This document shows positions 25,851 to 39,560 of a DNA stretch of 64,000 nucleotides, in pieces. Source of the DNA: the human T2T-CHM13v2.0 reference genome, Homo sapiens. Each line of letters begins with the position of its first letter. The stretch's first letter is position 1. Under the pieces are notes generated by a model. The model did not search any database. It had not been told where the DNA came from and saw only the letters and a program-made list of their open reading frames with translations. A program made the translations under genes and the position numbers. The DNA is taken from NCBI RefSeq assembly GCF_009914755.1, contig NC_060947.1, one strand, 5' to 3'.

Positions 25851-27384
25851 CAAGCATAGTTTCTGCTCCTTTCCTAATATAGCCTGAAATCAAAGAGGAG
25901 GCCACTCATAATGTCAGCATGACTCAACCTTAGAGCCACCCTGCCCCCATTAGCTGCATTATCAGTTACACATTGGATTAATTACTTAGAAAGCCAGCAA
26001 CTTTTAACAAAAATGTGGTCTCTCCCACGCAGAGCATAAATTCATCCCATGAGACAAAATGGAGCCCCATATGGGCACAGATATTTAAACTGTGTGTTTA
26101 CTCTCCGACTATTATATCTAATTAGCAATCAGCAGGGCATAACCAGCTCTAGAGCTTCTACTAGCCCCCTTTCAGTCATTAACACTGCCTTTGGGCAGTA
26201 GTGGGGCTGAAAATAATATCATCTAAATGATTACTTAATTCAGACTTCCATCTGGAAGATCTATAAAAACTGCAAAGGGTTAGCAATTGTAAGAAGGAAG
26301 AAAAGAGCTAAGCTTTCTAATGTGCTACAGGTACCCCATATTTGAAAGAAATGGTGTGCCAGAGATCAGGGAAACTGCCAATGAATGATTTGAATGAGGG
26401 CATTTTCCACCTTAATTAACTAAGGAAGACTATGGCATAAGCACAATGTTTTATGATATTGCTTGCCATAGCTTACTGCCACTCATTCATGTGTAACACA
26501 TTTTAAGAAAATATCTCCATCTTCTAATAGAGTGCTTCAGAAAAGCAATGAATGGTAATTGAGTGCTTAAAAGTGACTAGACTGGTGCCACTCACAAATG
26601 ATCACTGTCTGAGGTGCCATGGCAAAAGTGGGACCTGGAACCAACTTTTTTAGTAACTCATTAAGTAACCTTGGAAAAGTTTCAGAGAATCTCTATAGTC
26701 CTTTGTTTCTTCATCTATGAAAGTTTGAAATGATTTTAAAAAGAGATGATAAATATTAAAATGTTAAAAATAAATATACAATGTGTTGATGAGAGTCTGG
26801 ATATAAGTGAATCATTGAATGAATCATAGAACTTGAGAGCTGGAGGGATCTTAATGTTCATCAATTCAACCCACTCCTTTTACTCCGTATAGGGGTAAGA
26901 AATTTGACTCCATAGAGGGAAAGTGACTTGCTCAATGTCAATTTTTCACTGAGAACCACCTCTCACTCACCTTTAACTCCCACTCCTACTGACCACATTG
27001 TTTCCTGTCAGTGAGATTAAAAAAGGGATAGGTAAGACAAATTTAGTAAGAGAAAAATGAGGCAGAGAAGGCAGATTTTCTGAACTTGGACAACAGAGAG
27101 CAGTGGTAGCAATTAGAAATAATGTTGGTATTAATTGCCACTTAATAACAGTGAAGAAACCTAAAAATATCAGAACTTTGACGCAGACTACCTCCAACTC
27201 TTCCCTAAAAGATTCAGATGCAGGCAACAGTGACAATGGAAGACAAATAATGTTTGCTGGGGTTCTGACCACAAATTCCACTTGAGAAAGTTCTAGTGAA
27301 TTGTATTAGATCACATGGAATACTTCCTTTTTCCATGATAGTTAAGTTTTGACTAAATCTGACCACCATATGTCCTGCTCTATA

Positions 27385-28065
27385 GAATTTCATCACTTCC
27401 TAACACCTCTATTGCTACCACTCTGGTTGAAGCCACTATCTCCTCTCACCAGATTTATTGCAGTCGCCTCCTAAGTGGTCTCCGTGCTTCCTCCCTTGCC
27501 TTCTATGATCCTTTTAATATGGTCAATGATTCTGTTAAAATGTAAGCCAGGTTATGTCGTGTTGCTACTTAAATCCCTCCAAACTCATCCCAGGGGCCTT
27601 CAAGGCCTTACATAATCTTTTTCCCTGTTATCTTTCTTCATTTCTTTCCTGTTACTCTCTACCTGAATCACTGTAACAATCACAGTGACTTCTGTGTTTG
27701 AACTACACCTCTAGGCCTTTTCATTTGTTTACTGTGTCAGGAATGTTATTTCCCCAGACATCTACTTACTTCCAAGAATCTGTACTCAAGTGTCACTTAA
27801 AGATGTCTTTCTTGATCTATATAAAAATAGCAACACCCACCTACCCTGTCCCATCCCCAGAACTCCCTTACTATGCTTTATTTTTCTTCATTTTACTTCT
27901 CACCATCTTTCTGTCTTCTGCACTGGGATGTAAGGACCTAAGTTCAGAAACTTGGGTGTTTTTGTTTTGTTTTGTTTTGTTTTGTTCACTAATGTATCCT
28001 AATCCCTAAAACAAGATCTGGCAAATAGTAGAAACTTAGTAAATATCTGTTGAATGTATTAATGA
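27385..28065 (+). mobile_element. L2a 3' fragment
   Basis: 'aagccactatctcctctcacc...gcctcctaagtggtctcc', ending 'gtaaatatctgttgaatg'. Confidence 0.75.
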
Positions 28066-28084
28066 TTGAGCAAACACTTAAAAA

Positions 28085-28330
28085 TATCAATTATGTTTAT
28101 GTGACAAGCACTGTACTAAGTGCTTCAAATTACTTGTCTCGATTGTTACACACAAAAACAACATCAGGAACCTACCATTGATTATTTCATTTATGGATGA
28201 GCAACCTGAGAGTTTAAGTAATTTGTCAAAGGCCACAGAGCTAGTTGTAGCACAGCTAGGATTCATTAAAATCCAAGTATGGCTGACTCCCAAAGCCCAT
28301 GTGCTTAACTACCATAAAATATTGCCTCCA
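28085..28330 (-). mobile_element. MIR SINE
   Basis: 'gcactgtactaagtgctt...ggatgagcaacctgag...taagtaatttgtcaaaggccacagagctagt'. Confidence 0.75.
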
Positions 28331-28946
28331 TAGTTCAAATCTGAAGCTCAATTTAGCTGCCCTTCTTTTCTCTCTCCTTATTTCTCTTATTTCTCCTGTT
28401 TTATAGGAATAATTGACTTTGTATATACACCACTAACCAGGAAAAAAGTTCTTTCCTTGCCTACAGAATATAAGTCCAGCAAGTGATGGAATTCCAAGCA
28501 GGATATCATCTGGTTTCAGCAAATAACCCTGAATGCTGATGAGTTAGCATTGGAAAAGTATACAGATGCTGGGAGTATGCAGCACACAGCGGCCTGCCCA
28601 GTAGGTGGGCCTCATGTGACTTTGATATTTATGTAAGGCTTAGTATATCAGAGGGCTTTTGAATGTCCCAGGAATTGGAACACAAACAGCCACAGAAAGC
28701 ACTGAGTTGAGTTTTGGTCATAAATTTCACATCTGTATGTCAAGCAGTCACCTCACTGAACATAATACTTGTATCAGTCCGTATGTCTGTTGACAGTGGT
28801 ATTTTCTTGAGAAATAAGGCAGGTAAAAAATTATCTAGTCTCAACTAGCCACCTGTAGACTCTTGGAGGAAGATGTTAATTTTGAGTCTGGAGCTTTATC
28901 AAAAGCATTGGGCGGTCATGGGATGGCTGTTTCACACCATAGTAAT

Positions 28947-29311
28947 TGATATGGTTTGGCTCTGTGTGCCCATCCAAATTTCATCTTGAATTGTAATCCC
29001 ATAATCCCCATGTGTTGTGGAAAAGACCTGGTGGGAGGTAACTAAATCGCAGGGGTGGTTTCCTCCATGCCGATCTCGTGATAATGAGTGAGTTATCATG
29101 AGATCTGATGGCTTTATAAGCATATGGCAATTCCCCTGCTGACACTCATTCTTTCTCCTGCCGCCCTATGAAGAGGCACCTTCTGCCATGATGGTAAATT
29201 TCCTGAGGCCTCCGCAGCCATGCTTAACTGTGAGTCAATTGAACCTCTTTCCTTTATGAATTATCCAGCCTCAGGCAGTCATTTATAGCAGTATGAAAAC
29301 AGACAAATACA
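28947..29311 (+). mobile_element. THE1C/D MaLR solo LTR
   Basis: 'tgatatggtttggctctgtgt' through 'gaaaacagacaaataca'. 5-bp TSD gtaat/gtaaa. Confidence 0.92.
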
Positions 29312-29592
29312 GTAAAAGTTACCTCTATTCATGGATCCTGCCTTGAACAGTATTCAAATTTCTTTTATCTGTATTATCTCAGTTTAATCTTTCAACAACT
29401 GCTTTAGGAATGCAGATGAAGGAATCGAGTTGCTGAGTATGACAGCTAACACATGGTATCGCCTGGACTAGAACCAAGATCTTCTAATTCTCAGTCCAGT
29501 GTTCTTTTCTTCTTATCAAGCAACTTTTCTGGTACTTTGTACAATTTTTGCATTAATGATACACTGGTTTTTGATATATTCAAATTTTGTAA

Positions 29593-29937
<345 letters not shown>

Positions 29938-30339
29938 AGTAACCTCATTTTTTAAAAATGTTTGTTGGTGCATAGCAGGTGTATATATTTACGGAGTACA
30001 TGAAATATTTTGATACAGTCATACAATGCATAATAATCTCATCAGAGTAAATGGGGTATCCATCAACTCAGGGATTTATCCTTTATTTGTGTTACAATCA
30101 AATTATACTCTTTTAATTTTTTTAAAATGTAGAATAAATTATTTTTGACTAAAATCACCCTGTTGTGCTAGTAAATACTAGGCCTTATTCATTCTATCTA
30201 AATATATTTTTGTATCCATTAGCCATTCTCATTTCCCTAGGCCCTGAAAACCCTTCCAGTTCCAACTATGTTGTTGCAAATGATGGGATCTCATTCTATT
30301 TTATGGCTGAGTAGTACTCCATTGTGTATATGTGCCACA

Positions 30340-30524
<185 letters not shown>

Positions 30525-33500
30525 TGATGGACACTTAAGTAGCTTTCAAATTTCGGCTATTGTGAATACTACTGTAATAAACATGGTAGTGCAGATATCT
30601 CTTCAATACACTGACTTCTTTTATTTGGGGTATATACTTAGCAGTGGAACTGCTGGATCACATGAAAGTTCTATTTTTAGTTTTTTGAGGAACCTACATA
30701 CTGTTCTCTATAAGGTTTGTACTAATTTACATTCCCACAGTGTAAGAGAGTTCCCTATTTCCACATCCTCACTAGCATTTATTATTGCCCATCTTTTGGA
30801 TAAAAGTCATTTTAACTGGAGTGAGACATCTCATTGAAATTTTGATTTGCATATCTCTGACAATCAATGATGTTAAGCATCTTTTCATATACCCATTTGC
30901 TATTTGTATGTCTTCTTTTGAGAAATGTCTATTCAGATGTTTTACCTATCTTCAATCAGAGTCTTAGATTATTTTCCTATTGAGTTGTTTGAGGTCTTTA
31001 TATGCTTTGGCTATTAATCACTGCCAGATGGATAGATTAAAAATATCTTCTCCCATTCTGTGGGTTGTCTCTTCACTTTATTGATTCCTTCACTGTAAAG
31101 AAGGTTGTTAACCTGATGTGATCCCATTTGTCCATTTGTGCTTTGATTGTGTGTGTACAATCAAGAAATCTTTGCTTAGACCAATGTCCTGGAGAGCTTC
31201 CCCAATATTTTATTTAAGTAGTTTCAAGTTTGAGGTCTTAGATTTAAGTATTTAATAAATTTTTACTTGATTTTTGTATGTAGTGAGAAACGGAGGTCAA
31301 GCTTCTTTCTCCTGCATATGGATATACATTTTTTTCAGCACCATTTATTGAATAGACTGTCCTTTCCCCCAATATATTTTCTATGCCCTTTGTTGAAAAT
31401 GAGTTTACTGCAGAACTGTGTATTTGTTTCTGGTTTCTGTATTCAGTTCCATTGGTCTATGTATCTGTTTTTATTGCAGTACCATGCTGTTTTGGTTTCT
31501 ATAGCTGTTGTAGTATAATTTGAAGTCTGGTAATGTGATTCCTCCAGTTTTGTTCTTTTTGCTCAGGACAGGTTTGACTACTTTAGGTCTTTTTTGGTTC
31601 CACATAAATTTTAGGATTGCTTTTTCTATTTCTGTGAAGAATGTCATTGGTATTTTTATATAAATTGCATTGAATCTATAGATTTCTTTAGGTAGTATGG
31701 AAATTGTAACAATATTGATTCTTCCAATACATGAACACAGAATACCTTTCCACTCTTTGGGTTCTCTTCAATTTCTTGCAACAATATTTATAGTTTTCAT
31801 TGTGCAGATTTTTCTCTTCTTTGGTTGTTTATTCCTAGGTACTTTATATTATTTGTAACTATTGCAAATGTGATTAAATTCTTGATTTATTTTATACTAT
31901 TGTCATATAGAAATGCTACTAATTATTTTATGTATATTTTTCCCTTCTTTGGTTAAGTTTATTCCTAGGTACTTTATATTATTTGTAACTATTGTAAATG
32001 TGATTAAATTCTTGATTTCTTTTATACTATTGTCATATAGAAATGCTACTGATTATTTTATGTATCCTGAAGCTTTACTGAATTGGTTTATCAGTTCTAA
32101 TGCTTTTTCGGTGTAGTCTTTAGAATTTTCCAAATATAAGATCATGTAATCTGTAAGAAGGATAATTTGACTTCTTCCTTTCTAATTTGGACACCCTTCA
32201 TCTCTTTCTCTTGCCTGATTGTGCTAGCTAATACTTCCAGTACTATGTTGAATAAGAATGGTGAGAGTGGGAATCATTGTCTTGTTCCAGATCTCAGAGG
32301 AACAGTTTTTGGTTTCTCCCATTCAGTATGATACCAGCTGTAGGTTTATCATATAGGACTTTTATTGTTTTGAGTTATGTCCCTTCTTTACCCAGATTTT
32401 TCAGGGTTATCAAATTATTTTTCAGCATCTATTGAAATGGTCATATTGATTTTGTCCTTCATTCTGTTGATATAATGTATCACATGGATTGATTTGCATA
32501 TGTTGAACCATTGTTGCATTGCTGAGATAAATTCTACTTGTTCATGATGAATGATCTTAATATGTTGTTGAATTCAGGATGCTAGTATTTTGTTGAGGAT
32601 TTTTTCACCAGAGTTCATCCATGATATTTGCCTGTAGTTTTTTTTTTTTTTTGATGTGTCTGTCTGGGTTTGGTATCAGGTTAACAGTGGCCTTATAGAA
32701 TGAGTTTGAATGTAGTCCCTTCTCCTCTATTTTTTGGAATACTTTTAGTATGATTGGTATTAGTTCTTCTTTAAATGATTGGTAGAATTCAGCAGGGAAG
32801 CCACTGGGTCCTGGGCTTTTGTTCACTGGGAGAAATTTTGTTATGGCTTTCATCTCATTACGTGTTATTGACTTGTTCAGGTTTTGGGTTTCTTCAAGGT
32901 TCAGTGTGATAGGTTGTATGTGTCTAAGAATTTATCCATTTCTTCTAAGTTTTTCAATTTATTGGCAGATGTTCACTCTTTAAAGCTTCTAATGATCCTT
33001 TGATTTTCTGTGGTATCAGTTGTAATGTCTCATTTTTTTCCTCTAATTTATTTATGTCTTCTCTGATGTTTTCACAGTTAGTTGGGATAAAGGTTTGTGA
33101 ATTTTGTTTACCTTTTCAAAAAACCAACTTTTCATTTTGTTTTTTTTGTACTTTTTGTGTTTCAATTTCATTTATTTCTGTTCTGATTTTTATTATTTCT
33201 TTTCTTCTACTAATTTATGATTTGGTTTGCTCTTGCTTTTCTAGTTCTTTAAGATGCATTTTTGGATGTTTCTTTGAAATTTTTTACTTTTTTGATGTAG
33301 ATGCTTACTGCTATAAACTTTCTCTTAGTACCTGTTTTGATGCAACCCATAGGTTTTGGTACACTGTGTTTCCATTTTCATTTGTTTCAATAAATTTTTA
33401 AATTTCTTAATTTTCTCCTTGACCCTGTGGTCATTTAGGAAAATATTTTTTAATTTCTATGTGTTTGTCTAGTTTCCAAAATTCCTTGTTATTCATTTTT

Positions 33501-35004
33501 CATTTTATTCCATTGTGTTCAGCTAAGACACTTGATATGATGTCAATTTAAAAAAAATTATTTAAGACGTGATTTGTGGTCTAACATATGGTCTATTTTT
33601 GAGGATGATCCACGTGCTCAGGGCAAGAATGTGTATTCTGCAACTGTTGGATGAATTGTTCTGTAAATATCTATTAGATCCATATTGTCTGTAGTGCAGA
33701 TTAAGTTCGATGTTATTGTTGATTTTCTGTCTGAAAGATCTGTCCAATGCTGAAAGTGGTGTGCTGAAGTCTCCAGCTATTATAGTATTGGGACCTACCT
33801 CTCTCTTTAGCTCTAATAATATCTGCTTTATACATCTGTGTGTTCCAGTGTTGGGCACATATATATTTAAAATTGTTATATTCTCTTGCTGAATTGATCC
33901 TTTTATCATTATATAATGACCTTCTTTATCTCTTCTTATAGTTTTTGTGTTAAATCTATTTTGTCTGATATAACTACTCCTGCCCTTTTATGGTTTTCAT
34001 TTTCATGGAAAATCTTTTTCCATCCTTGTGTTTTCAGTCTATGTGTGTGTTTATTGGGTGAAGAGTGTTTCTTACAGGCAACAGATCGTTAGGTATTATC
34101 TTTTTATCCATTCAGCCACTCAATGTCTTTTGATTGGAGAGTTTAGTCCATTTACATTCTATGTTATTCTTGAAAAGTAAGAACTTACTTCTGCCATTTT
34201 GTTATTTGTTTTCTGATTGTTTTGTGGGCTTATCTTCCTTCTTTCCTTCCTTCCTGTCTTTCTTTCAGTGAAGGTGATTTTCTCTAGTGGTATGTTTTAA
34301 TTTCTTGCTTTTTAATTTTTGTGTATCTGCTCTATGTTTGATTTGTAGTTACCATAAAGCTTGAAAATAGTATCTTATAACCCGCTATTTTAAGCTGGTG
34401 ACAACACTGATTGCAAAAACAAAATAACAAAAAGGAATGGAAAACTAATAAGAGTCATACACTTTAATTCCTTCCTTTGCTTTTTAACTATTACCACAGT
34501 GGGTTTTGTACCTTCAAGTGATTTCCTATTGCTAATTAATGTCCTTATCTTTCATACTGAAGAACTGTGTTTAGCATTTCTTGTAGAACAGGGCTGTTGT
34601 TGTTGAAATCCCCCAGTTTTTGTTTGGGAGTCTTTAATTCCCCTTCATGCTTAAAGAATATTTTTACTGGATATATTATTCTAGTATAAACTTTTTCTTC
34701 CTTCATCACTTTAAATATCTCTTGCCACTCTCTCCTGGCCCATAAAGTTTCCACTAGTAATTCTCCTGCCAGATGTATTGGAGCTCCATTATATGTTTCT
34801 TTTCTCTTGCTGCTTTTAGGATCCTTTCTTTATCCTTCACTTATGAGAGTTTAATTGATTATTAAATATATTGAGGTAGTCTCATTTGGGTTAAAGCTGC
34901 TTGGCATTCTATAACTTCTTGTACTTGAATATTTATATCTTTTCTTAAATTTGGAAAGTTCTCTGTTATTATCCCTTGTCCCTTCAAATAAACTTTCTAC
35001 CTCA

Positions 35005-35031
35005 ATCTCTCTCTCTCTCTCTCTCTCTCTC
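35005..35031. repeat. (CT)n microsatellite in L1 ORF1 remnant
   Basis: About 13 perfect CT units. Confidence 0.95.
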
Positions 35032-36094
35032 TGACACTTTCCTTCCTCTTTAAGGCCAGTAACTGTTAGATTTGCTGTTTTGAGGCTATTTTCTACATCT
35101 AGTAAATGTACTTCATTCTTTTTTCTCTTGTCTCTGCTGATAGTGTATTTTCAAATTGTCTTTAAGCTCACTCATTCTTTCTTTTGCTTGGTCAATTCTG
35201 CTGTTAAAGGACTCTGATGCATTCTTCTGTATGTGAATTGCAATTTTCAGCTCCAAAATTTCTGTTTATTATTAGTTATTTCAATTTGTTTGTTAAATTT
35301 ATTGGATATGATTCGCAATATCTTGTTTGTGTTATCTTGGATATCATTGAGCTTCCTCAAACAGATATGTTGAATTCTCTGTCTGAAATGTCACATACCT
35401 CTGTCTCTCTGCGGTTGATCATTGGTGCCTTATTTAGTTTTTTTGGTGAGGTCATGCTTTTCTGGATAGTCTTGATATTTGTGGATGTTTCTCAGTGTCT
35501 GGACATTGAAGAGTTAAGTATTTTTTGTAGTCTTTACAGTCTGAGCTTGTTTATACTTATCCATCTTGGGAAGGCTTTCCAGGTATTCAAAAAGACTTGG
35601 GTGTTGTGATCTAAGACTGGTCACTGCAGGCATACCTGCTTTAGGAGGTAACCTAAAGCCCAATAGTGCTGTGGCTCTTACAGACCCATAGAGGTACCAC
35701 TGGTCTTGGGTAAGATCCAGAAGAATTCCACGTATTATCAAGCAGAGACTCTTGTTCTCTTACTTCTCCCAAATAAATGGAGTCTCTCTCTCCGTGTGTG
35801 CTGAGCTGCCTGGATCTGGGCGATAAATGACAAAAGCACTCCTTTGACCATCACCACTGGGACTTTGCTGGGTCAGACCCGAAGCCAGCACAGCACTGTG
35901 CCTCACCCAAGGTCTGCAGTGATCACTGCCTGGCTACCACTTATGTTAACTGAAGGTTCATGGACTCTATAATCAGCAGGTGGCAAATCCAGCCACATTT
36001 GTGTCCTTCTTATCAGAGCGGTGAGCTCCCTATAGACCAGGGCAGGGTCTGGGGATGCTGTCTGGAAGACAGTGCCTGGAGTTGGGAACCTTAA

Positions 36095-36340
<246 letters not shown>

Positions 36341-39282
36341 TAAGGACAGGTTCAGAAATGCCACCCAGGAGCAAATGTCTGTAATTGAAGACCCCAGGAG
36401 CCAGCTTGGTGTTATACCCACTATGGCCAAGCTGGTACCCAATCTGCAAGACAAAGTTCCCTTCACTCTTCTCTGTCCTTTACTCAGGCGTAAGTCTCTC
36501 CCCATAGCTACCACAGCTGGAAATGTGCTGTGTCGCACGTGGTGCTAGCCCAGCTCTGATTCTGACCCAAGGCCCATAGAGAGTACTGCCTGGTTCCCAT
36601 TGCTGATTCTTCAGGGCCCAAGGTTCTTTAGTCAGCAGTTGATGAAATCTGCTAGGACTAAGTTCTTCCCTTGAAGGCAGTGGGTTCTCTTCTGGCCCAG
36701 TGTATGTCTAGAGTTGTCTGGGAGCTAGGGCCTGGAATGTGGACCTCAGGACTCTGCCTGGTATCCTATTCTAATGTGGCTGAACTGGTATCCAAGTTGC
36801 AAGGCAAAGTCCTCTTTACTATCCCCTTTCCTATCTTCAAGAAGAGGTAAGAAGTCTCTCCTGGAGCTGCAAGCTGCACTGCTCAGGTTTGGAGGAGGGG
36901 TGACACAAACACTTCCTTGGCCACCCAAAATGCTGTCCTCTTAGGACATGTGCCCCACATGTCCAGTGGCTCTGAGCCCAGCACAGCACCAGGACATGCC
37001 AAAGGATTGCAGTCCTTGTGGCCTAGACTGGCTTTTAAGTTTGAGACTCCAGAGCATTTTAGCCCTTGGTGGTGAGGCTTGCTGGTACTCAGGTTCTGAC
37101 CGCCGGAATAGGTGATTACCCTCTGGCTGGCACTGGTCTAAATGCTCCACTTATGGGCATTGGCTGAGTTCTGCCCAGTGTTACTTTCCACTGTGATGGG
37201 TAGAAATGAGTTCTGATTCAAAGTCCCACAGTCACTGCGCTCTCCCTCCTCTAAGTGCACAGATTCTCTCTCCATGCCATGTGGCCACTGCCAGGTGATG
37301 GGGAAGGAGTGGTGTAGGCAATTCAAGACTGTCTTTTCTACCTCAGTGCCTCTTTCTTTAATATGATGTTAAAATCAGGTGGTGTGATTGCTCACTTTAT
37401 CTTCGGTTCTTCAAGGTGCTTTTTTGTGTGGATACCAATTTGCTTTTCCTGCAGGGGGTACGATCACTGAAGGTTTCAGCCATCCTGCTCTGCCTCCCTC
37501 CTATAACCTCTTAATTGGAGTCACAGCAATAGTACTTCAAAGCCCAAATAGTACTTCCCCAAATTTTTGCTTCCACCAGTCTGGCCTAAGACCTTATGTT
37601 TCTGAATTCAGTTGAGCCATTGAAGGAAACTACATGAAATGGACATTAACTCTATATTATAAATCAAGGTAACTAGTTAGCTTCAATATGCCAGCAATAC
37701 CTTAAAGGATAGGCCACTGGACAGATATATTTTAATGGAAAAAGGAGAGACAGGACTGCTCTGAATAAAGTGACCCATCCAAAAAGCCTAGGCAGCCAGA
37801 GGACAACATGGGAGCACACAGTACCTGGAATAGGAAAGAAAGACTATGTGGTGGGATGTGGGGCAGTGATGAATATGAAGACCAGGAAGAAAAGTAGTCT
37901 AGGAGTTCAAACCATGACTGGCCAATTTTGCTTTGGGCTAGCTCTGATAGAAACCAACAAATTATACCTTATGTGGAACATATTAAAAGGAGTCTTTAAA
38001 GGCAAAACATTATTTGTAAATACCACAAAAAAGAGAACAGAAAAGACACACAAAAAAGATTTGGCTTTCTAATGTACTTCAGTATGATACCCAGAAATGA
38101 GGAACTGGTTTCCTAGAGAGCTAATGAGCTACTAAATGTAGGCTGCAAACTGCAAATGATGCCAATCAGGAATGTTAATGGAAAACTATGCTGTGTGCTG
38201 CTTTTCTTATTCTATCCCTGAGTTAAAAGTTTTTAAAATACACACACACAAACACATGTATGAAAATACTAAAGAATTTTGCAAGAAAACACTAAAACCT
38301 CTACTGTTGTAAATGAAAAATGGAATATTTCAGTTTTTATCTTAATTCTTTAAATGTTCTATGTTAGTCATAATTTGGTCAATAATTACTTCTAGTGAAG
38401 TAAAAAAGAAACAACTTTTCATTGATATTCATGTAAAGAAACACTTTTAGAACATTTTCAATAACACATTTCTAGGGTGTAATCTTTTCACTCTGCTTTT
38501 GCAATACATATGGAACCTTATTCTGAAATCAAATGTTTACAATGGATTAGGAGATGTTAAGAGAAATGGTAGTACTAATCACACTAATTCCAAGACTCTT
38601 TCCTACTTATCCATCGTGTCTAAATGTCTTTGAAATTGGAACTTTTCAAAGGAATGTATTTTTTCTTTTTAGTTTCAAACAGACATAACTTCTGTAAAGT
38701 TTGTCATAATCTAGTAAGCATGATTGCTGTTAGCAAAGTACACCTTCTAGAGCTGAGAGGATAGATAGGTTTCTTTCTATATGGCAATTTCAATTGTTTT
38801 GTGGTGGTTGCTTAGGCATTGCTAAGAATTTTAAGGCTGTTTCCAGGTGCCGCCAAAAGGAATCCCATAATTAATTTATCATGTCCATGGCTGAAGGAGA
38901 AGAGAAATAGTATCACAGGTGTCAAATATTTACCATCTCTTCTCTGGAGAGTAGTTTGATCCTCTTAAGTCTGATGATGAAAACTTGTGTAACTGCTGCT
39001 AGTGGAGAGTGGTAGTTTCTGATGGAGTAGTAGTGTCAACTATTTGGCTCTCCTCAGGTGTACATAAGTATGGGGTGTGGAAAATAAATCATTGGTCTCA
39101 TAAAAAAAGATAACACATATTGCTATCTAAGTTTCATAATCCTTAAGGAAAAATATGACTAGAGCAAGATTAAAAGAAATAAAAAATCTGGGGATAAGGC
39201 AATTCACCAGTCTTGTTAAAGTTGGCTGCTTTGATATACTTCTTAGCTAAACCTTGATTTTGTTTGGACTTAAAGATGCTAA

Positions 39283-39560
39283 TTTTTTAATTTTTAGTTT
39301 TTGTGGGAATGTAATAGTTGTATACTTATAGGGTACATGAGATGTTTTGACACAGACATGTGATGTAAAATAATCACATTATGGAGAACGGTATAGCCAT
39401 CACCTCAAGCACTTATCCTTTGTGTTACAAACAATCCAATTACACTCATCATTATTTTTAAATGTATGATTAAGTTATTATTGACTATAGTCACCATTTT
39501 AGGCTATCAAATATGTCTTATTTATTCTTTCTATTTTTTGTACCCATCTTCTAATATTCT
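39283..39560 (-). mobile_element. L1MA 3'-terminal fragment
   Basis: 'gggtacatgagatgttttga...aataatcacat...cacctcaagcacttatcctttgtgttacaaacaatccaattacactc'. Confidence 0.85.

Noticed and set aside
38740-39100. Possible minus-strand exon pair (donor 'agatg|gtaaat', acceptor 'ttctccttcag|')
   Set aside because: The implied intron is only about 43 nt, the frame I read contains stops, and the peptide is not recognisable.
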